Made by a program: the position numbers and the translations under genes
Assembly (NCBI GenBank): GCA_040758495.1
Contig: JBFLVL010000006.1
Span: forward strand, 73,498 to 137,497
DNA from: Chloroflexota bacterium
GTDB lineage: Bacteria; Chloroflexota; Anaerolineae; Anaerolineales; JBFLVL01
Reading direction: 5' to 3'
Length of the DNA stretch: 64,000 bases
Shown here: piece after piece, positions 1 through 9,184 of the stretch
Position numbering within the stretch: position 1 is the stretch's first letter
Layout: every line of letters begins with the position of its first letter
Notes under the pieces: model-generated
What the model was told of the DNA's origin: nothing
The model's database searches: none
What the model saw: the letters and a program-made list of their open reading frames with translations, nothing else

Positions 1-929
1 GCTACCGCGATGGCCAGTTCGAAATCGTTGCTGGCAGCCGTGAAGGAGACTGCCACGGTCTGGCTGTATGAGGCCCGCATCTTCTTGGCGATAAAAAAGG
101 TGATGAACCACATCAACAGGAAGTAGATCAGCAGCGGGACGGCGATGCGCACCACATCTAGCGGCAGCAGGACAATCACCTCGCCCTTGAGCGAGAACAT
201 GACCACAATGGTGAACAACAGGGCCACCAGCGTCAGCGGGCTGATGCGCGGGGCAAACTCCCGCTCGAACCATTCCTTCCCCTTCCACTTGAGCAGGGAG
301 AAACGGGTGATCACACCCGCTAGGAACGGGATGCCGAGATAGAAGAACACCGTCTTGGCGGCCTCAGCCATAGAAATATGCACATCCAGGCTCTCGACCA
401 ATCCCAATCTCGGCAGAAGGAAACTGATGAAAATCCAAATGTACACCGCGTAGAACAGCACCTGAAAGATGGCGTTGAATGCTACCAGACCGACGGCCAG
501 TTCGCGGTCGCCCTCCGCCAGTTCGTTCCAGACAATGACCATGGCGATGCAGCGCGCCAACCCGACCAGAATGACACCGATCATGTACTCAGGATAGGCG
601 CGCAGGAAGAGGATCGCCAGACCGAACATCACCAGCGGGCCAACGATCCAATTTTGGATCAGAGAGAAAGCCAGCAGTTTCGGCTTGCGAAAGACACGCC
701 CGATCTCCTCGTACTTGACCTTCGCCAGCGGCGGGTACATCATCAGGATCAGGCCGATGGCAATCGGAATGTTGGTCGTACCGACCGAGGCAAGCTGGTT
801 GAACCTGGCAACCTGGTATGTGAAGAAGTAGCCAGTTCCTACACCCACCGCCATCGCCAGGAAAATCCACAGGGTCAGGAAGCGGTCGAGGGTGGAAAGT
901 TTTTTGGTGGTGCTGGTTTCATTGGTCAT
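1..929 (-). CDS. acr3: ACR3-family arsenite efflux permease (3' end cut by window start)
   Basis: Reverse-strand reading from ATG at 929 gives [30 protein letters not shown]..., the typical ACR3 N-terminus. The frame stays open to position 1. It lies 14 nt downstream of arsC on the same strand. Confidence 0.8.
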   Translation of the reverse strand, partial: MTNETSTTKKLSTLDRFLTLWIFLAMAVGVGTGYFFTYQVARFNQLASVGTTNIPIAIGLILMMYPPLAKVKYEEIGRVFRKPKLLAFSLIQNWIVGPLVMFGLAILFLRAYPEYMIGVILVGLARCIAMVIVWNELAEGDRELAVGLVAFNAIFQVLFYAVYIWIFISFLLPRLGLVESLDVHISMAEAAKTVFFYLGIPFLAGVITRFSLLKWKGKEWFEREFAPRISPLTLVALLFTIVVMFSLKGEVIVLLPLDVVRIAVPLLIYFLLMWFITFFIAKKMRASYSQTVAVSFTAASNDFELAIAV

Positions 930-942
930 CAAAATCTCCAAA

Positions 943-1359
943 TTAAGAATATGTTTTGAGCAACTGAATTATCTCTTTTTCAATGTCATCGCGCACAGTG
1001 CGAAAGACATTCATGATTTCATCGTCTGTGCCTCCGGTTTTGGTGGGGTCGGGAAAACTGCGATGGACGCGCTTGCCTCTTCCCAGCCAGACGGGACATT
1101 CCTCCGCCGCCGAATCACAGATGGTCACCACCAGGTCGAAATCCACGCCGCGGAATTCGTCGGCCAGTTTTGAGCAGCCTGTGTGCTGGATGCCGATCTC
1201 CTGCAGCGCGGCCAGCGCCTTGGGGTGAATATAGCCCGCGGGCTTTGTCCCCGCGCTGACGGCCTCCCAGGTCCAGCCCAGCCGGGCGTTAACGATGGCC
1301 TCGGCCATCTGGGAACGGCACGAGTTGCCGGTGCATAGGAAGAGGACTCGTTTTTTCAT
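943..1359 (-). CDS. arsC: Arsenate reductase, LMW-PTP / thioredoxin-coupled type
   Basis: 138 aa with the CTGNSCRS P-loop and a second Cys pair in [11 protein letters not shown], the pI258 ArsC-type architecture. Confidence 0.9.
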   Translation of the reverse strand: MKKRVLFLCTGNSCRSQMAEAIVNARLGWTWEAVSAGTKPAGYIHPKALAALQEIGIQHTGCSKLADEFRGVDFDLVVTICDSAAEECPVWLGRGKRVHRSFPDPTKTGGTDDEIMNVFRTVRDDIEKEIIQLLKTYS

Positions 1360-1586
1360 CCCCCGCCCTTCTTTTCACATGCGAGGCACAGGTCTGTCTT
1401 GCGGTTTGTCCAGTAATCCAGCCCGCAGCCGGGGCAGGTCACCTTGCGCAGGCCGCCAGTCTTTTGCGTCGGTTTGGGCGAGTCGGACGGCAGATCGGTG
1501 AGGGGGTCTTTCATGCAGGTGCAGGCCGGTTTGGATGCAGCAGCGTCAGGTTTCTTCTCGTCCATGCGCATTCTCCTGTTCCGCAA
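1356..1586 (-). CDS. Small Cys-rich (zinc-ribbon-like) protein, hypothetical
   Basis: 76-aa ORF with CPGCG...CLAC. It overlaps the arsC start by 4 nt. The start is uncertain (M at 1586, 1571 or 1565) and overlaps the end of the upstream gene. Confidence 0.3.
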   Translation of the reverse strand: MRNRRMRMDEKKPDAAASKPACTCMKDPLTDLPSDSPKPTQKTGGLRKVTCPGCGLDYWTNRKTDLCLACEKKGGG

Positions 1587-3066
1587 GCGGATGCAGCCAC
1601 CAGGCGACCCCCAGCAGGCCCGGGCCGGCGTGCGCCCCGATGACCGGCGTCAATTCGGTCACGAAGTGCTCGTCCGGATGGAAGGAGCCGAGCAGCCTCT
1701 TTTCCAGCGTCGTCGCCTCTTCGAAAGCGTCGGTGTGGGCAATCGCTAGCGAGATGCCTTCTTTGGGCAGTTTTTCACTCAGCCAGGCGACCATCCGCTC
1801 CAGCGCTTTCGCCTTGATGCGGGCCATGCCAATCAGGCGGATCTGCCCCTGGTGGATATACAGGATAGGGTAGAGATGCAGGGCGGATTTCAGCCAGCGG
1901 TTCAGGTGTGCGACGCGTCCGCCCTCAATCAGAAACTTGACCGTATCCAGCGCGCCGACGAAGCCGACGTTCTTCTGCGTCTCCTGGACGACTTCCAGAA
2001 CGGTCTGCAAATCGGCGCCCGCAGCGACGGCGCGCGCCGCCGCCAGGGCGATGAACCCCTGCGCCGGGCCGGCGGTGCGGCTGTCCACCACCTCGGCCAG
2101 GAAAGCGCCGGCGGCCATCTCTGCGCCCAGGCGGGCCGATTCCCAGGTCTGGCTCAGTTCCTGCGGCGGTGTGATCACCACACCGGAATAGTGAGTTTTC
2201 GCCAGTCTCTGGTAGACCGCCAGGAACTCGCCCGGCGAGGGCGCGGAGGTCCGGGGAGAGAGGCCGTCTCGCAGGCGCCGGTAGTACTCGCGCGGGTCAA
2301 TATCCACCCCATCACGGTACTGACCTTCCGGCAAGATCAACGCCAGCGGCACCATGTGGATTTTTTCGCGGCTGCGCCAGTCGGGAGGCAGAGAGGCGAT
2401 GCTGTCGGTGATGACCGCCACGCGCCCTTTTTTCGCCGTCTCGTCTTTGGGCGAGAGCCAGTAGGCCAGCAGGCGCTTCTTGTCGGCGCGCTCGCGCCAA
2501 TCGAGGAGGATCTGCGGGATGGCGCACAATCCCATACTGACCAACAGCACGAGGGGCGACAGAACGATGATCAGCGAGTGGCCACGCCACAGGTTCAGCC
2601 CGATGAGCAGGCTCAGGCTGACCAGCGCCCCGGTCACGGCGCTGCCGGTAATGACCAGATAGACCAACCCTAGCACCGGCAGCACGAGCAGCGTCTCGAA
2701 AGGCGTGAAGACCAGCAGCGCACCCAGCGAAACCGCCAGCCCCTTACCGCCTCGAAAGTGGAAGTACACCGGATAACTATGACCAACCACTGCCGCAACC
2801 GCCCCGCCCAGCGCGCAGGCATCGCTCAGCCCCAGCAAGTGGGCAACACAGACCGGCAGGGCGCCTTTCGAGAAGTCCACCACACTGACCAGCGCGGCTG
2901 GCAAAAGCCCCACGCTGCGCGCCACGTTGGCCGCGCCGGCATTGCGGTTGCCCAGCGTGCGGATGTCCTTGCCGCTCCACAGCCGCGTGACCAGAATCGC
3001 CGAGGAGGCCGAACCCAGTAGGTAACTGACCAGGATCAGCAATGGACAATATACAGGGATTGCCAT
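1546..3066 (-). CDS. plsY: PlsY (acyl-phosphate:glycerol-3-phosphate acyltransferase) fused to a DegV/FakB-type fatty-acid-binding domain
   Basis: The N-terminal ~200 aa match PlsY (YLLGSASSAIL..GNRNAGAANV..GHSYPVYFHFRGGKG). The C-terminal ~290 aa match DegV (VAVITDSIASLP..TSAPSPGEF..). Confidence 0.8.
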   Translation of the reverse strand: MAIPVYCPLLILVSYLLGSASSAILVTRLWSGKDIRTLGNRNAGAANVARSVGLLPAALVSVVDFSKGALPVCVAHLLGLSDACALGGAVAAVVGHSYPVYFHFRGGKGLAVSLGALLVFTPFETLLVLPVLGLVYLVITGSAVTGALVSLSLLIGLNLWRGHSLIIVLSPLVLLVSMGLCAIPQILLDWRERADKKRLLAYWLSPKDETAKKGRVAVITDSIASLPPDWRSREKIHMVPLALILPEGQYRDGVDIDPREYYRRLRDGLSPRTSAPSPGEFLAVYQRLAKTHYSGVVITPPQELSQTWESARLGAEMAAGAFLAEVVDSRTAGPAQGFIALAAARAVAAGADLQTVLEVVQETQKNVGFVGALDTVKFLIEGGRVAHLNRWLKSALHLYPILYIHQGQIRLIGMARIKAKALERMVAWLSEKLPKEGISLAIAHTDAFEEATTLEKRLLGSFHPDEHFVTELTPVIGAHAGPGLLGVAWWLHPLAEQENAHGREET

Positions 3067-3103
3067 CGTTCCACCTCCTTTCCGTTTTCTTGAGTATACC
3101 CTT

Positions 3104-3658
3104 TCACCCTATCGCCGGCGCTTCGATGACGATCTCCTCCAACGCGGCGCGTTTTTCAGCGTACTGCGGTTCGGTCAGCGGCAGACAGTCGGCGAGTTTC
3201 TTTTGCGAGGCGGCCAGTTTCAGAGCGAAGGAGAAGCAGGTTGGTTCGCCGCATTGTTTGCAGTTCGTGTCGGGGAGCAGTTTGTAAATCGCCATTGGCG
3301 TTGGGCGCTGACGCGTGGTGGTATCGGGCATGATCTCGGCGCGGCGCTCCCAGGTGCGGTTGACCAGGTCAATCAACCCTTTGAGTTCTGTCTCAGCACC
3401 TTCGCGGTCTTCCACGTTGGATGTTGCAATCTCGAAAGCGTGAAAGGCGATGTTGTGTCCACCTTTCTTCCACGTCAGGGCTTTGGCTTTTTTGAGATAT
3501 ACCGCGCCGCGTAGGGTGGCATTCAGGTAGGGCAGGACTTCGGAGATATCCACGATCAAACGCGCCCGCGCCGCGTAGCGTTCCGCTCCCGGCTCGCAGG
3601 GCGGGGTGAAAACTTCGAGATCGTACGTTTCGATCAGCATGCGACCCTCCCATCCCAT
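3104..3658 (-). CDS. Fe-S cluster domain protein (C-x2-C-x4-C...C motif of the RnfB/CFeSP N-terminal FeS domain)
   Basis: The C-terminal motif is LPDTNCKQCGEPTCFSFALKLA..LADC. ATG at 3658 overlaps the TGA of the upstream permease (TGATG). An alternative ATG lies at 3640. The rest of the 400-aa track ORF is an out-of-frame overlap with the permease. Confidence 0.55.
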   Translation of the reverse strand: MGWEGRMLIETYDLEVFTPPCEPGAERYAARARLIVDISEVLPYLNATLRGAVYLKKAKALTWKKGGHNIAFHAFEIATSNVEDREGAETELKGLIDLVNRTWERRAEIMPDTTTRQRPTPMAIYKLLPDTNCKQCGEPTCFSFALKLAASQKKLADCLPLTEPQYAEKRAALEEIVIEAPAIG

Positions 3659-4389
3659 CACTCGATGTGCCGTGACAGGGTGTACACGGCCAGTGAAAAT
3701 AATACCGCGCTGAAAACTGCCAGCGCGCCCAGGTCGAGCGCGGCGGTGGTCCATGAGCCGCCCGAAAGCGCGGCGTGCAGAGCCTCCACCGAGTAGGTCA
3801 GCGGCAGGCAGCGGGCGACGACTTGCAGCCAGACGGGGAGCGACTCCACCGGCACGAACACGCCGCCCAGGAACATCATCGGGAAGCGGATGAAATTCGC
3901 CAGCGTCTGCGCCTCGAAGACCTCGCGCACCGCCACTGAGACAAACGCCCCAAGTGCCGAGAAAGCCGTCGCCGAGAGCAACAGCGCCAGGAACAGGAGC
4001 AGCCAGTCGGTCCCGCGCGCGCCGAAGACGGCCAGCGAAATCGCCAGCACCACCAGCGTCACCGTCAGGCCGAAGGTCATGCCGCCCAGCAGTTTCCCCG
4101 CCAGCAGCGCCGGCAGGCGCAGGGGGGCCAGGAACAGTCGCTCCAGCGAGCCAATCCGCCGCTCGAAGACGATGACGATGGCCTCCATCGAACTCGTGCC
4201 GAAGAGTATCGTCAGCGCCAGCAGGCCAGGCACCAGGCCGCGCAGGTCGCCGGGGTTGCGAATGGCGAAGGCCAGGATGAAGGCGAACGGGAACAGGATG
4301 CCCCAACTGATGTTGGGCGGCTTGAAGTAGTAGGCTTTCAGGTCTTTCAGGGCGATGTAGAACATGCCGCGCAGGTCATCCGCCAGCAT
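3658..4389 (-). CDS. ABC-2 type transporter permease
   Basis: 243 aa with 6 predicted TM segments. The start overlaps the upstream ATPase by 14 nt. Confidence 0.8.
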   Translation of the reverse strand: MLADDLRGMFYIALKDLKAYYFKPPNISWGILFPFAFILAFAIRNPGDLRGLVPGLLALTILFGTSSMEAIVIVFERRIGSLERLFLAPLRLPALLAGKLLGGMTFGLTVTLVVLAISLAVFGARGTDWLLLFLALLLSATAFSALGAFVSVAVREVFEAQTLANFIRFPMMFLGGVFVPVESLPVWLQVVARCLPLTYSVEALHAALSGGSWTTAALDLGALAVFSAVLFSLAVYTLSRHIE

Positions 4390-5323
4390 TGCCGCCTCCT
4401 TTTCCGCCTTTCTCGGCCAGCATGACCTCGGCGCTCAAGCCGGTCAGTTGGACAAAGACATCCTCCAGCGAAGGGCGCAGGGTTTCGATCGAGAGGACGC
4501 GCCGCCCGCCCGTCTCGCCCAGCAATCGCTGAACAGCGGATTCGACCCCATCCTCGCACTCGAGGCGCCTCTTCTCTGGCTGACCGTCCGCCCCGGCCAG
4601 CGTGACCTCCACGATGGTCTTGCGCTGCGCCCCGGACCTCAGACCTGCCACCGTGTCAAGGGCGACGATCTTCCCCTTGACGATGATGGCGACGCGGTCG
4701 CACAACCGCTCGGCCTCCTCGAGATAGTGCGTGGTCAGGAAGACGGTCACGCCTTCGTCACGCAGGCTGACGATCATCCCGCGCAGGCTGCGGGCACTCA
4801 TCACGTCCAGGCCGGTGGTGGGTTCGTCGAGGAAGACCAGCGGCGGACGGTGCGCCAGCGCGGCGGCGATGGTCAGGGCGCGCTTCATGCCGCGCGAGAG
4901 TTTGGCGAAGGGGGCATCGCGTTTCTCGCCCAGGCGGAAGCGGCGCAACAGTTCTTCGGCGCGGGCCTTGCGTTCGCGGCGCGGCACGCCGTACAACTGC
5001 ATGGCGAAGAGCAGGTTGTCGAAGGCGGTCAGTTCATCGTACAGGTTGGAGGCCTCCGGCACGACTCCAATGCGCTTCTTGATGCGCGGCAGGTCGGCAG
5101 CCAGGTCCAGCCCCAGCACCTGTGCCCGGCCCGCCGTCGGGCGCGAGAGGCCGGTCAACATGCGGATGATGGTGGTCTTGCCCGCACCGTTGGGGCCGAG
5201 GAAGCCGAACACCTCGCCCTCGTGGATGGCGAAATCAATCCCGTCCACGGCGCGCAGGGGCAGGCGGCCCTTATCGGCAGGGTAGATTTTGGTCAGGCTC
5301 TCAACCTGGATGATTTCATTCAT
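4376..5323 (-). CDS. ABC transporter ATP-binding protein
   Basis: Walker A GPNGAGKTT, signature LSRGMKRAL, Walker B LVFLDEPTTGLD. The start was trimmed to MNEIIQVESL (ATG 5323) because the longer ORF runs into the upstream gene. Confidence 0.9.
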   Translation of the reverse strand: MNEIIQVESLTKIYPADKGRLPLRAVDGIDFAIHEGEVFGFLGPNGAGKTTIIRMLTGLSRPTAGRAQVLGLDLAADLPRIKKRIGVVPEASNLYDELTAFDNLLFAMQLYGVPRRERKARAEELLRRFRLGEKRDAPFAKLSRGMKRALTIAAALAHRPPLVFLDEPTTGLDVMSARSLRGMIVSLRDEGVTVFLTTHYLEEAERLCDRVAIIVKGKIVALDTVAGLRSGAQRKTIVEVTLAGADGQPEKRRLECEDGVESAVQRLLGETGGRRVLSIETLRPSLEDVFVQLTGLSAEVMLAEKGGKGGGNAGG

Positions 5324-5334
5324 AATGAGTGCTC

Positions 5335-6048
5335 CTATAAGACGGCGGGCAGGAAGTCGGCATGGGTATCCCGGCTTGATGCCCGCACGAAATATTCTTG
5401 CCCGAAGAAGAGCCTGCGGCGCTCTTCGGGGGCGCTTGCCATCGGCGAAGAACTCCACTGCGTGGCATGGCAACGCATGGCGGCCAGCTTGATCTCCCAT
5501 GTCTTGCTCACCTCCACAGCCAGGGTAATCGCCTCGTCGGGCACGGGGCGTACCTGCTGCATTTCTAGTTGTTCGGCCAGCGAGCGCGGTACGGCCATCG
5601 TATAGAGAGCAGCGACACTTTTGGCGCGACAGAATGCTTGAGCGGTGAACTCTCCGATGACGATGTGATCCAAGTGGCCAGAAATGCCATCCGGCCCGAA
5701 GGAGAGCATAACCTGCGGCCGCACGACCTCCACTGCGGCCAAGATGTCGGTGATGATCATTTCCGGGTCGGCCTCAGCCAGGCGGCCATCCGCGTAGTCC
5801 AGCAAACGGGGTGGCTCCAGACCCAGCGCAGCGCAGGCGGCGCGCAGTTCGCGCTCACGAACAGCGGACAGTTCCTCGGGCGCACACAGCGGCGGGTCGC
5901 CGCATGAACCAGCCTCGCCGTGCGTGAAGGTCAATACTTCGACGCGCACGCCGCACCGGGCAAGCAGGGCCAACGTCCCACCGGGGCGGAAGGTCTCATC
6001 GTCGGGGTGGGCGAAGACGGCCAGGAGCGTGCTCGGTCGAGTCGGCAT
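5335..6048 (-). CDS. PIG-L/LmbE-family N-acetylglucosaminyl deacetylase
   Basis: AVFAHPDDETF and HLDH motifs. ATG 6048 avoids overlap with the upstream small ORF. An alternative start lies at 6075. Confidence 0.8.
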   Translation of the reverse strand: MPTRPSTLLAVFAHPDDETFRPGGTLALLARCGVRVEVLTFTHGEAGSCGDPPLCAPEELSAVRERELRAACAALGLEPPRLLDYADGRLAEADPEMIITDILAAVEVVRPQVMLSFGPDGISGHLDHIVIGEFTAQAFCRAKSVAALYTMAVPRSLAEQLEMQQVRPVPDEAITLAVEVSKTWEIKLAAMRCHATQWSSSPMASAPEERRRLFFGQEYFVRASSRDTHADFLPAVL

Positions 6049-6058
6049 GACCTTCCCG

Positions 6059-6268
6059 TCATTTCTTGCGCACATACCTGCGCCACTTGGTCCACCAGCG
6101 CAGGATAAACAGGTACAAGCCTGTGACAGCCATCGTCAACATCAGGATTTGCTGCACCCGTTGGAGGGAAGTCCCTGCTGGTGTGGCGCGCAACAGGATT
6201 GCTGCCAGGATCAAGGCGATGAACGGCAGCGCTAGCCAGCGGTGAAACTTGCGTACATACTTATTCAA
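6059..6268 (-). CDS. Small two-TM membrane protein, hypothetical
   Basis: 69-aa ORF with two hydrophobic helices and a basic tail. No recognisable family. Confidence 0.4.
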   Translation of the reverse strand: MNKYVRKFHRWLALPFIALILAAILLRATPAGTSLQRVQQILMLTMAVTGLYLFILRWWTKWRRYVRKK

Positions 6269-6311
6269 TTAATTATCGTCTCCTCCCGAAGCAGTCTTAA
6301 TCCTTGCACTT

Positions 6312-6428
6312 AGAGCCTATCCCCAAAAAACCTACCAATTTGAGTCGGGGAGCTTGCTTCCGTAATTCGACAACATGCCACTTTGTGGCACTTAGTTGTC
6401 GGACTCCAAAGTAATCCGGATAGGCTCT
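6312..6428. repeat. Nested inverted-repeat element (117 nt) in an intergenic region
   Basis: The outer 11-bp arms are agagcctatcc (6312-6322) and ggataggctct (6418-6428). The inner hairpin is cgacaac (6368-6374) / gttgtcg (6395-6401), and it encloses gccac-ttt-gtggc. Confidence 0.6.
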
Positions 6429-6453
6429 TATTACATTGGCCCGATCGGTTGCC

Positions 6454-6699
6454 TTATACGAGCGCATCGGTCAAGAAGGTGATAATCTCCGCTTCACTGG
6501 GGATGCGCCCTGCAGACACAACCTTCTCGTTGATGACCAGGCCGGGTGTGGAGAGAATGTTGTAAGCCATGATGTCGTTGTGGTCGGTCACCTTGACAAT
6601 TTCGGCTTCGAGCGACATTTCTTCCACGACTTTGCGAGCGATCTGTTCCACGCGCTTGCAGTTGGCGCAGCCTGAACCGAGGACTTTGATGATAAGCAT
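6454..6699 (-). CDS. Small thioredoxin-fold protein (redox-active disulfide protein 2 / Thioredoxin_3 type)
   Basis: 81 aa, IKVLGSGCANCKR CxxC motif. Confidence 0.8.
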   Translation of the reverse strand: MLIIKVLGSGCANCKRVEQIARKVVEEMSLEAEIVKVTDHNDIMAYNILSTPGLVINEKVVSAGRIPSEAEIITFLTDALV

Positions 6700-6730
6700 G
6701 TGATTCTCCTAATGATTTGGATTGAGGTTG

Positions 6731-6979
6731 TTATGCAGGGATGGCTTTCACCCAGTCCAGCAGGGTTTCGATGGTAGGGACTTCGCGCTGGCTCACCAGC
6801 CGCCCGTCAATTAGCAGGCCGGGGATGGCATCGAGCGGGATGTGGTGACGGATGATTCGTTCGTCGTCCACGCGTTCCACTTCCACCTCCGTTCGCCCCG
6901 ATTTTCTGACGGCTTCCGCTAGCCGCCTCTCCAAATCCAGGCATTTATAACAACCTGTGCCGAGAATTAGAATTTTCAT
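6731..6979 (-). CDS. Small thioredoxin-fold protein (Thioredoxin_3 type), paralog of 6454-6699
   Basis: 82 aa, ILILGTGCYKCLD CxxC motif. Confidence 0.8.
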   Translation of the reverse strand: MKILILGTGCYKCLDLERRLAEAVRKSGRTEVEVERVDDERIIRHHIPLDAIPGLLIDGRLVSQREVPTIETLLDWVKAIPA

Positions 6980-7030
6980 GTCAGCCTCCTTTTATTATGA
7001 GAGAGAAAGCGCAATACGAAGCGCGAGAGA

Positions 7031-8497
7031 CTACAGTTTTTGCGGAATGGTAGTTATTGTGTTCCGATGGCTCACCCACCGGAGGGCTCCTCCCAGAAGA
7101 GCGAGGAAAGCCAGCAGATAGAACGCAACTAGCCCGATGCTTGCTCCATCCACCCAGGTGCCGTAGATGAGGCCAGCCAGGGTGCTGAAGAGCGCCACCC
7201 AGCCGACGTACGTCCAGGATCTCAATTTGCCGATGATGGCCGAGACGATCAGGATACTTTGCAGGCTGAGTTCGGGGTCGGCCATGAGATAGGCGAGCAG
7301 GGGACCACGGTGCATGCCCAGGCCGAGGAACATGTTGGCAATCGGCACTTCGACCAGAGTGGGGAAATACATGAACACGCCGAAGACCACACCCACCAGG
7401 TTGCCCAGCAGGGTGTTCTGTCCAGCTAGGGCTTCGATCCACTCCGGCTTGATAAACCCGCGAATTACACCCACTGCGAAGACGCCTACTATCAGCAGGG
7501 GGAAGATCTGCTTGACGAACTTCCATGATTCCCACAGGAAGTTGCGGATTTCATCTTCGGTGAGTTTGGTTTTGATGAGCCAGCCAAGAATGACACAGGC
7601 GGTTAATACACCAAAGAATTTACCGTTGACGAGGATATCCAGTCTGCCCGCGTGCGGGGACATGCCCAGCGCGGCCACAAGCAGGGTAATTCCCACCAGC
7701 ACGAGGGAAGTCCACGTCCAACGGTTGAAACCCCCGTGGATGTTCTCGATTCCCTTCCAGGATGCCAGCCCAATGAGCGCGAGCAGGCCGATGATGATCG
7801 CGCCCTGCGCGGTGACGCCCTCTTCGCCTTTGGACGCGTCGAACGGGACGAGACAGTACAGGAAATCCTGGAACCTATCCATGCCTGAAACAGGGACAGT
7901 GACCGTTGTGTACGTATTGGTCAGCAGGCCGATTTTGAGCGTGCCAGAAAGCAACAACGCAACCAGCACAAGCAGAAAGATCAAAGCGACGCGCCGCATT
8001 TTTCCCTGCGCGGCGAACATCGCGTCGGTGGCCTGGTTGTGCGCGACGTCCTCCCTATGGAAGATAAGCGCCATGATCATCCCGATGCCGATGCCAAACG
8101 CGAGGGAGAGGAACAGGCGCGCAAAGGCCAGGTCTGCACCGATGACCCCGCCTGTGTAGATTAGGGCGAGAATATTGGCGGCGGGAGCGAAGAACAGGAA
8201 GGTGATGGCGGGACCAATGCCAGCGCCTTTCTTGTAGATCCCGGCGAAAAGTGGGACGATGGTGCAGGAACACACCGCCAGCACGGAACCCGCCAGCGCG
8301 GCCGCCGGATAAGAAATGAATTTGGGCGTGGTGCGCCCCAGGAAGCGGGTGACCGCCTCCTTGGGGATGAGGGCGGTCATCGCCCCAGCTATGTAGAAGG
8401 CTGGGAGCAGGCACAAGAGAACGTGGGCGGCTAGGTAAGCGGCCAGGTTGCCCAGACCGCCGCGTAGCAGGGTGAGGAAAAGAGCGACGGGGTTCAT
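7031..8497 (-). CDS. Polytopic permease of the ArsP/DUF318 family
   Basis: 488 aa with many TM segments and the vicinal Cys motif LAVCSCTIVP characteristic of ArsP-type permeases. It sits immediately downstream of arsR. Confidence 0.7.
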   Translation of the reverse strand: MNPVALFLTLLRGGLGNLAAYLAAHVLLCLLPAFYIAGAMTALIPKEAVTRFLGRTTPKFISYPAAALAGSVLAVCSCTIVPLFAGIYKKGAGIGPAITFLFFAPAANILALIYTGGVIGADLAFARLFLSLAFGIGIGMIMALIFHREDVAHNQATDAMFAAQGKMRRVALIFLLVLVALLLSGTLKIGLLTNTYTTVTVPVSGMDRFQDFLYCLVPFDASKGEEGVTAQGAIIIGLLALIGLASWKGIENIHGGFNRWTWTSLVLVGITLLVAALGMSPHAGRLDILVNGKFFGVLTACVILGWLIKTKLTEDEIRNFLWESWKFVKQIFPLLIVGVFAVGVIRGFIKPEWIEALAGQNTLLGNLVGVVFGVFMYFPTLVEVPIANMFLGLGMHRGPLLAYLMADPELSLQSILIVSAIIGKLRSWTYVGWVALFSTLAGLIYGTWVDGASIGLVAFYLLAFLALLGGALRWVSHRNTITTIPQKL

Positions 8498-8907
8498 ATA
8501 TGGTTTCCTTCAGAATGTAGGGTCGAGGTTATGACTTTCACTTGTGGGGCAGGTAAATCCGCCCCTGTTTCTTCGGTGCAATGGGGGCAGGCGCACTCCA
8601 CTGCTGCGGGTGGGGCGATAGGGATGGTTACTCCCGCGAGTAACTCTGCGTCGCGCACTAAGGCCAGCAGGGCTGGGTTGGCGATGCTGTAAAAGATGAA
8701 CCGTCCTTCGCGGCGGTCACGCAAAATATCTGCCTGGCGTAGTGCCATCAGATGCTGAGAGATGTACGCCTGTCGTTTTCCTAGCATAGCTTCCAGGTGG
8801 CAGACACAGGCCTCACCCTCGCCAATTGCCAGCAGGATTGCCAGACGAGCTGGATGAGAGATGGTTTTTAGGATGCCAGATATTTTATTGGCGTTCTTGA
8901 GTGTCAT
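8494..8907 (-). CDS. arsR: ArsR/SmtB-family metalloregulator with Cys-rich C-terminal extension
   Basis: HTH region ISHPARLAILLAIGEGEACVCHLEAMLGKRQAYISQHLMAL. The C-terminus carries ECACPHC. The start was set at MTLKNANK (ATG 8907); the track ORF start at 8964 is less likely. Confidence 0.85.
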   Translation of the reverse strand: MTLKNANKISGILKTISHPARLAILLAIGEGEACVCHLEAMLGKRQAYISQHLMALRQADILRDRREGRFIFYSIANPALLALVRDAELLAGVTIPIAPPAAVECACPHCTEETGADLPAPQVKVITSTLHSEGNHI

Positions 8908-8994
8908 CACATTCAATTTCCTGAATATATTATACTCATACGATCCGTTTTGTACATAGGACAAATGTCACTTTTCGTTTGGTTTTTATTACTG

Positions 8995-9095
8995 GTGGTC
9001 TCGGTCCCCTTGCGGGGACAAGTCCCCCATGCGGGGGCAGGCAAGCTCGACCGACGATAGGTAGTAGGTCAAGCGCCTGCTAGCTGAAGCAGGCT
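8995..9095. repeat. Short copy of the mosaic hairpin-module repeat family
   Basis: Contains the gtccccttgcggggac and gtcccccatgcgggggcagg hairpins, a ctcgacc linker and the gcctgctagctgaagcaggc hairpin. Confidence 0.5.
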
Positions 9096-9156
9096 AAAGT
9101 TATGTATAATATACCCAAGCACAAGCAGGGATCATCATGCATTTATCATTAAGGAT

Positions 9157-9184
9157 ATAATGTATATTATATAATGTATATTAT
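9157..9184 (+). promoter_or_regulatory. Perfect tandem 14-mer (ataatgtatattat x2) in an AT-rich divergent promoter region
   Basis: Direct reading: 9157-9170 equals 9171-9184. It sits 39 nt upstream of ATG 9223, in the only strongly AT-rich stretch between arsR and the EPS region. Confidence 0.35.

Noticed and set aside
3659-4306. N-terminal 216 aa of the 400-aa track ORF 3104-4306
   Set aside because: This part overlaps the ABC-2 permease gene out of frame and is Arg/Ala/Gly/Pro-rich. The recognisable protein starts at the TGATG junction (3658) or at ATG 3640.
5324-5500. 59-aa N-terminal extension of the ABC ATPase ORF
   Set aside because: It overlaps the upstream LmbE-family gene. The canonical ATPase N-terminus begins at MNEIIQVESL.
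145-8414. Numerous long antisense or out-of-frame ORFs in the GC-rich block (e.g. 378-959 +, 1852-2673 +, 4364-5605 +, 3890-4330 +, 7314-8159 +, 6981-7535 -, 8055-8414 -)
   Set aside because: Each is fully embedded in a gene with clear family motifs on the other strand or frame. Their translations are Arg/Ala/Pro/Gly-rich low-complexity sequence, typical of high-GC shadow ORFs.
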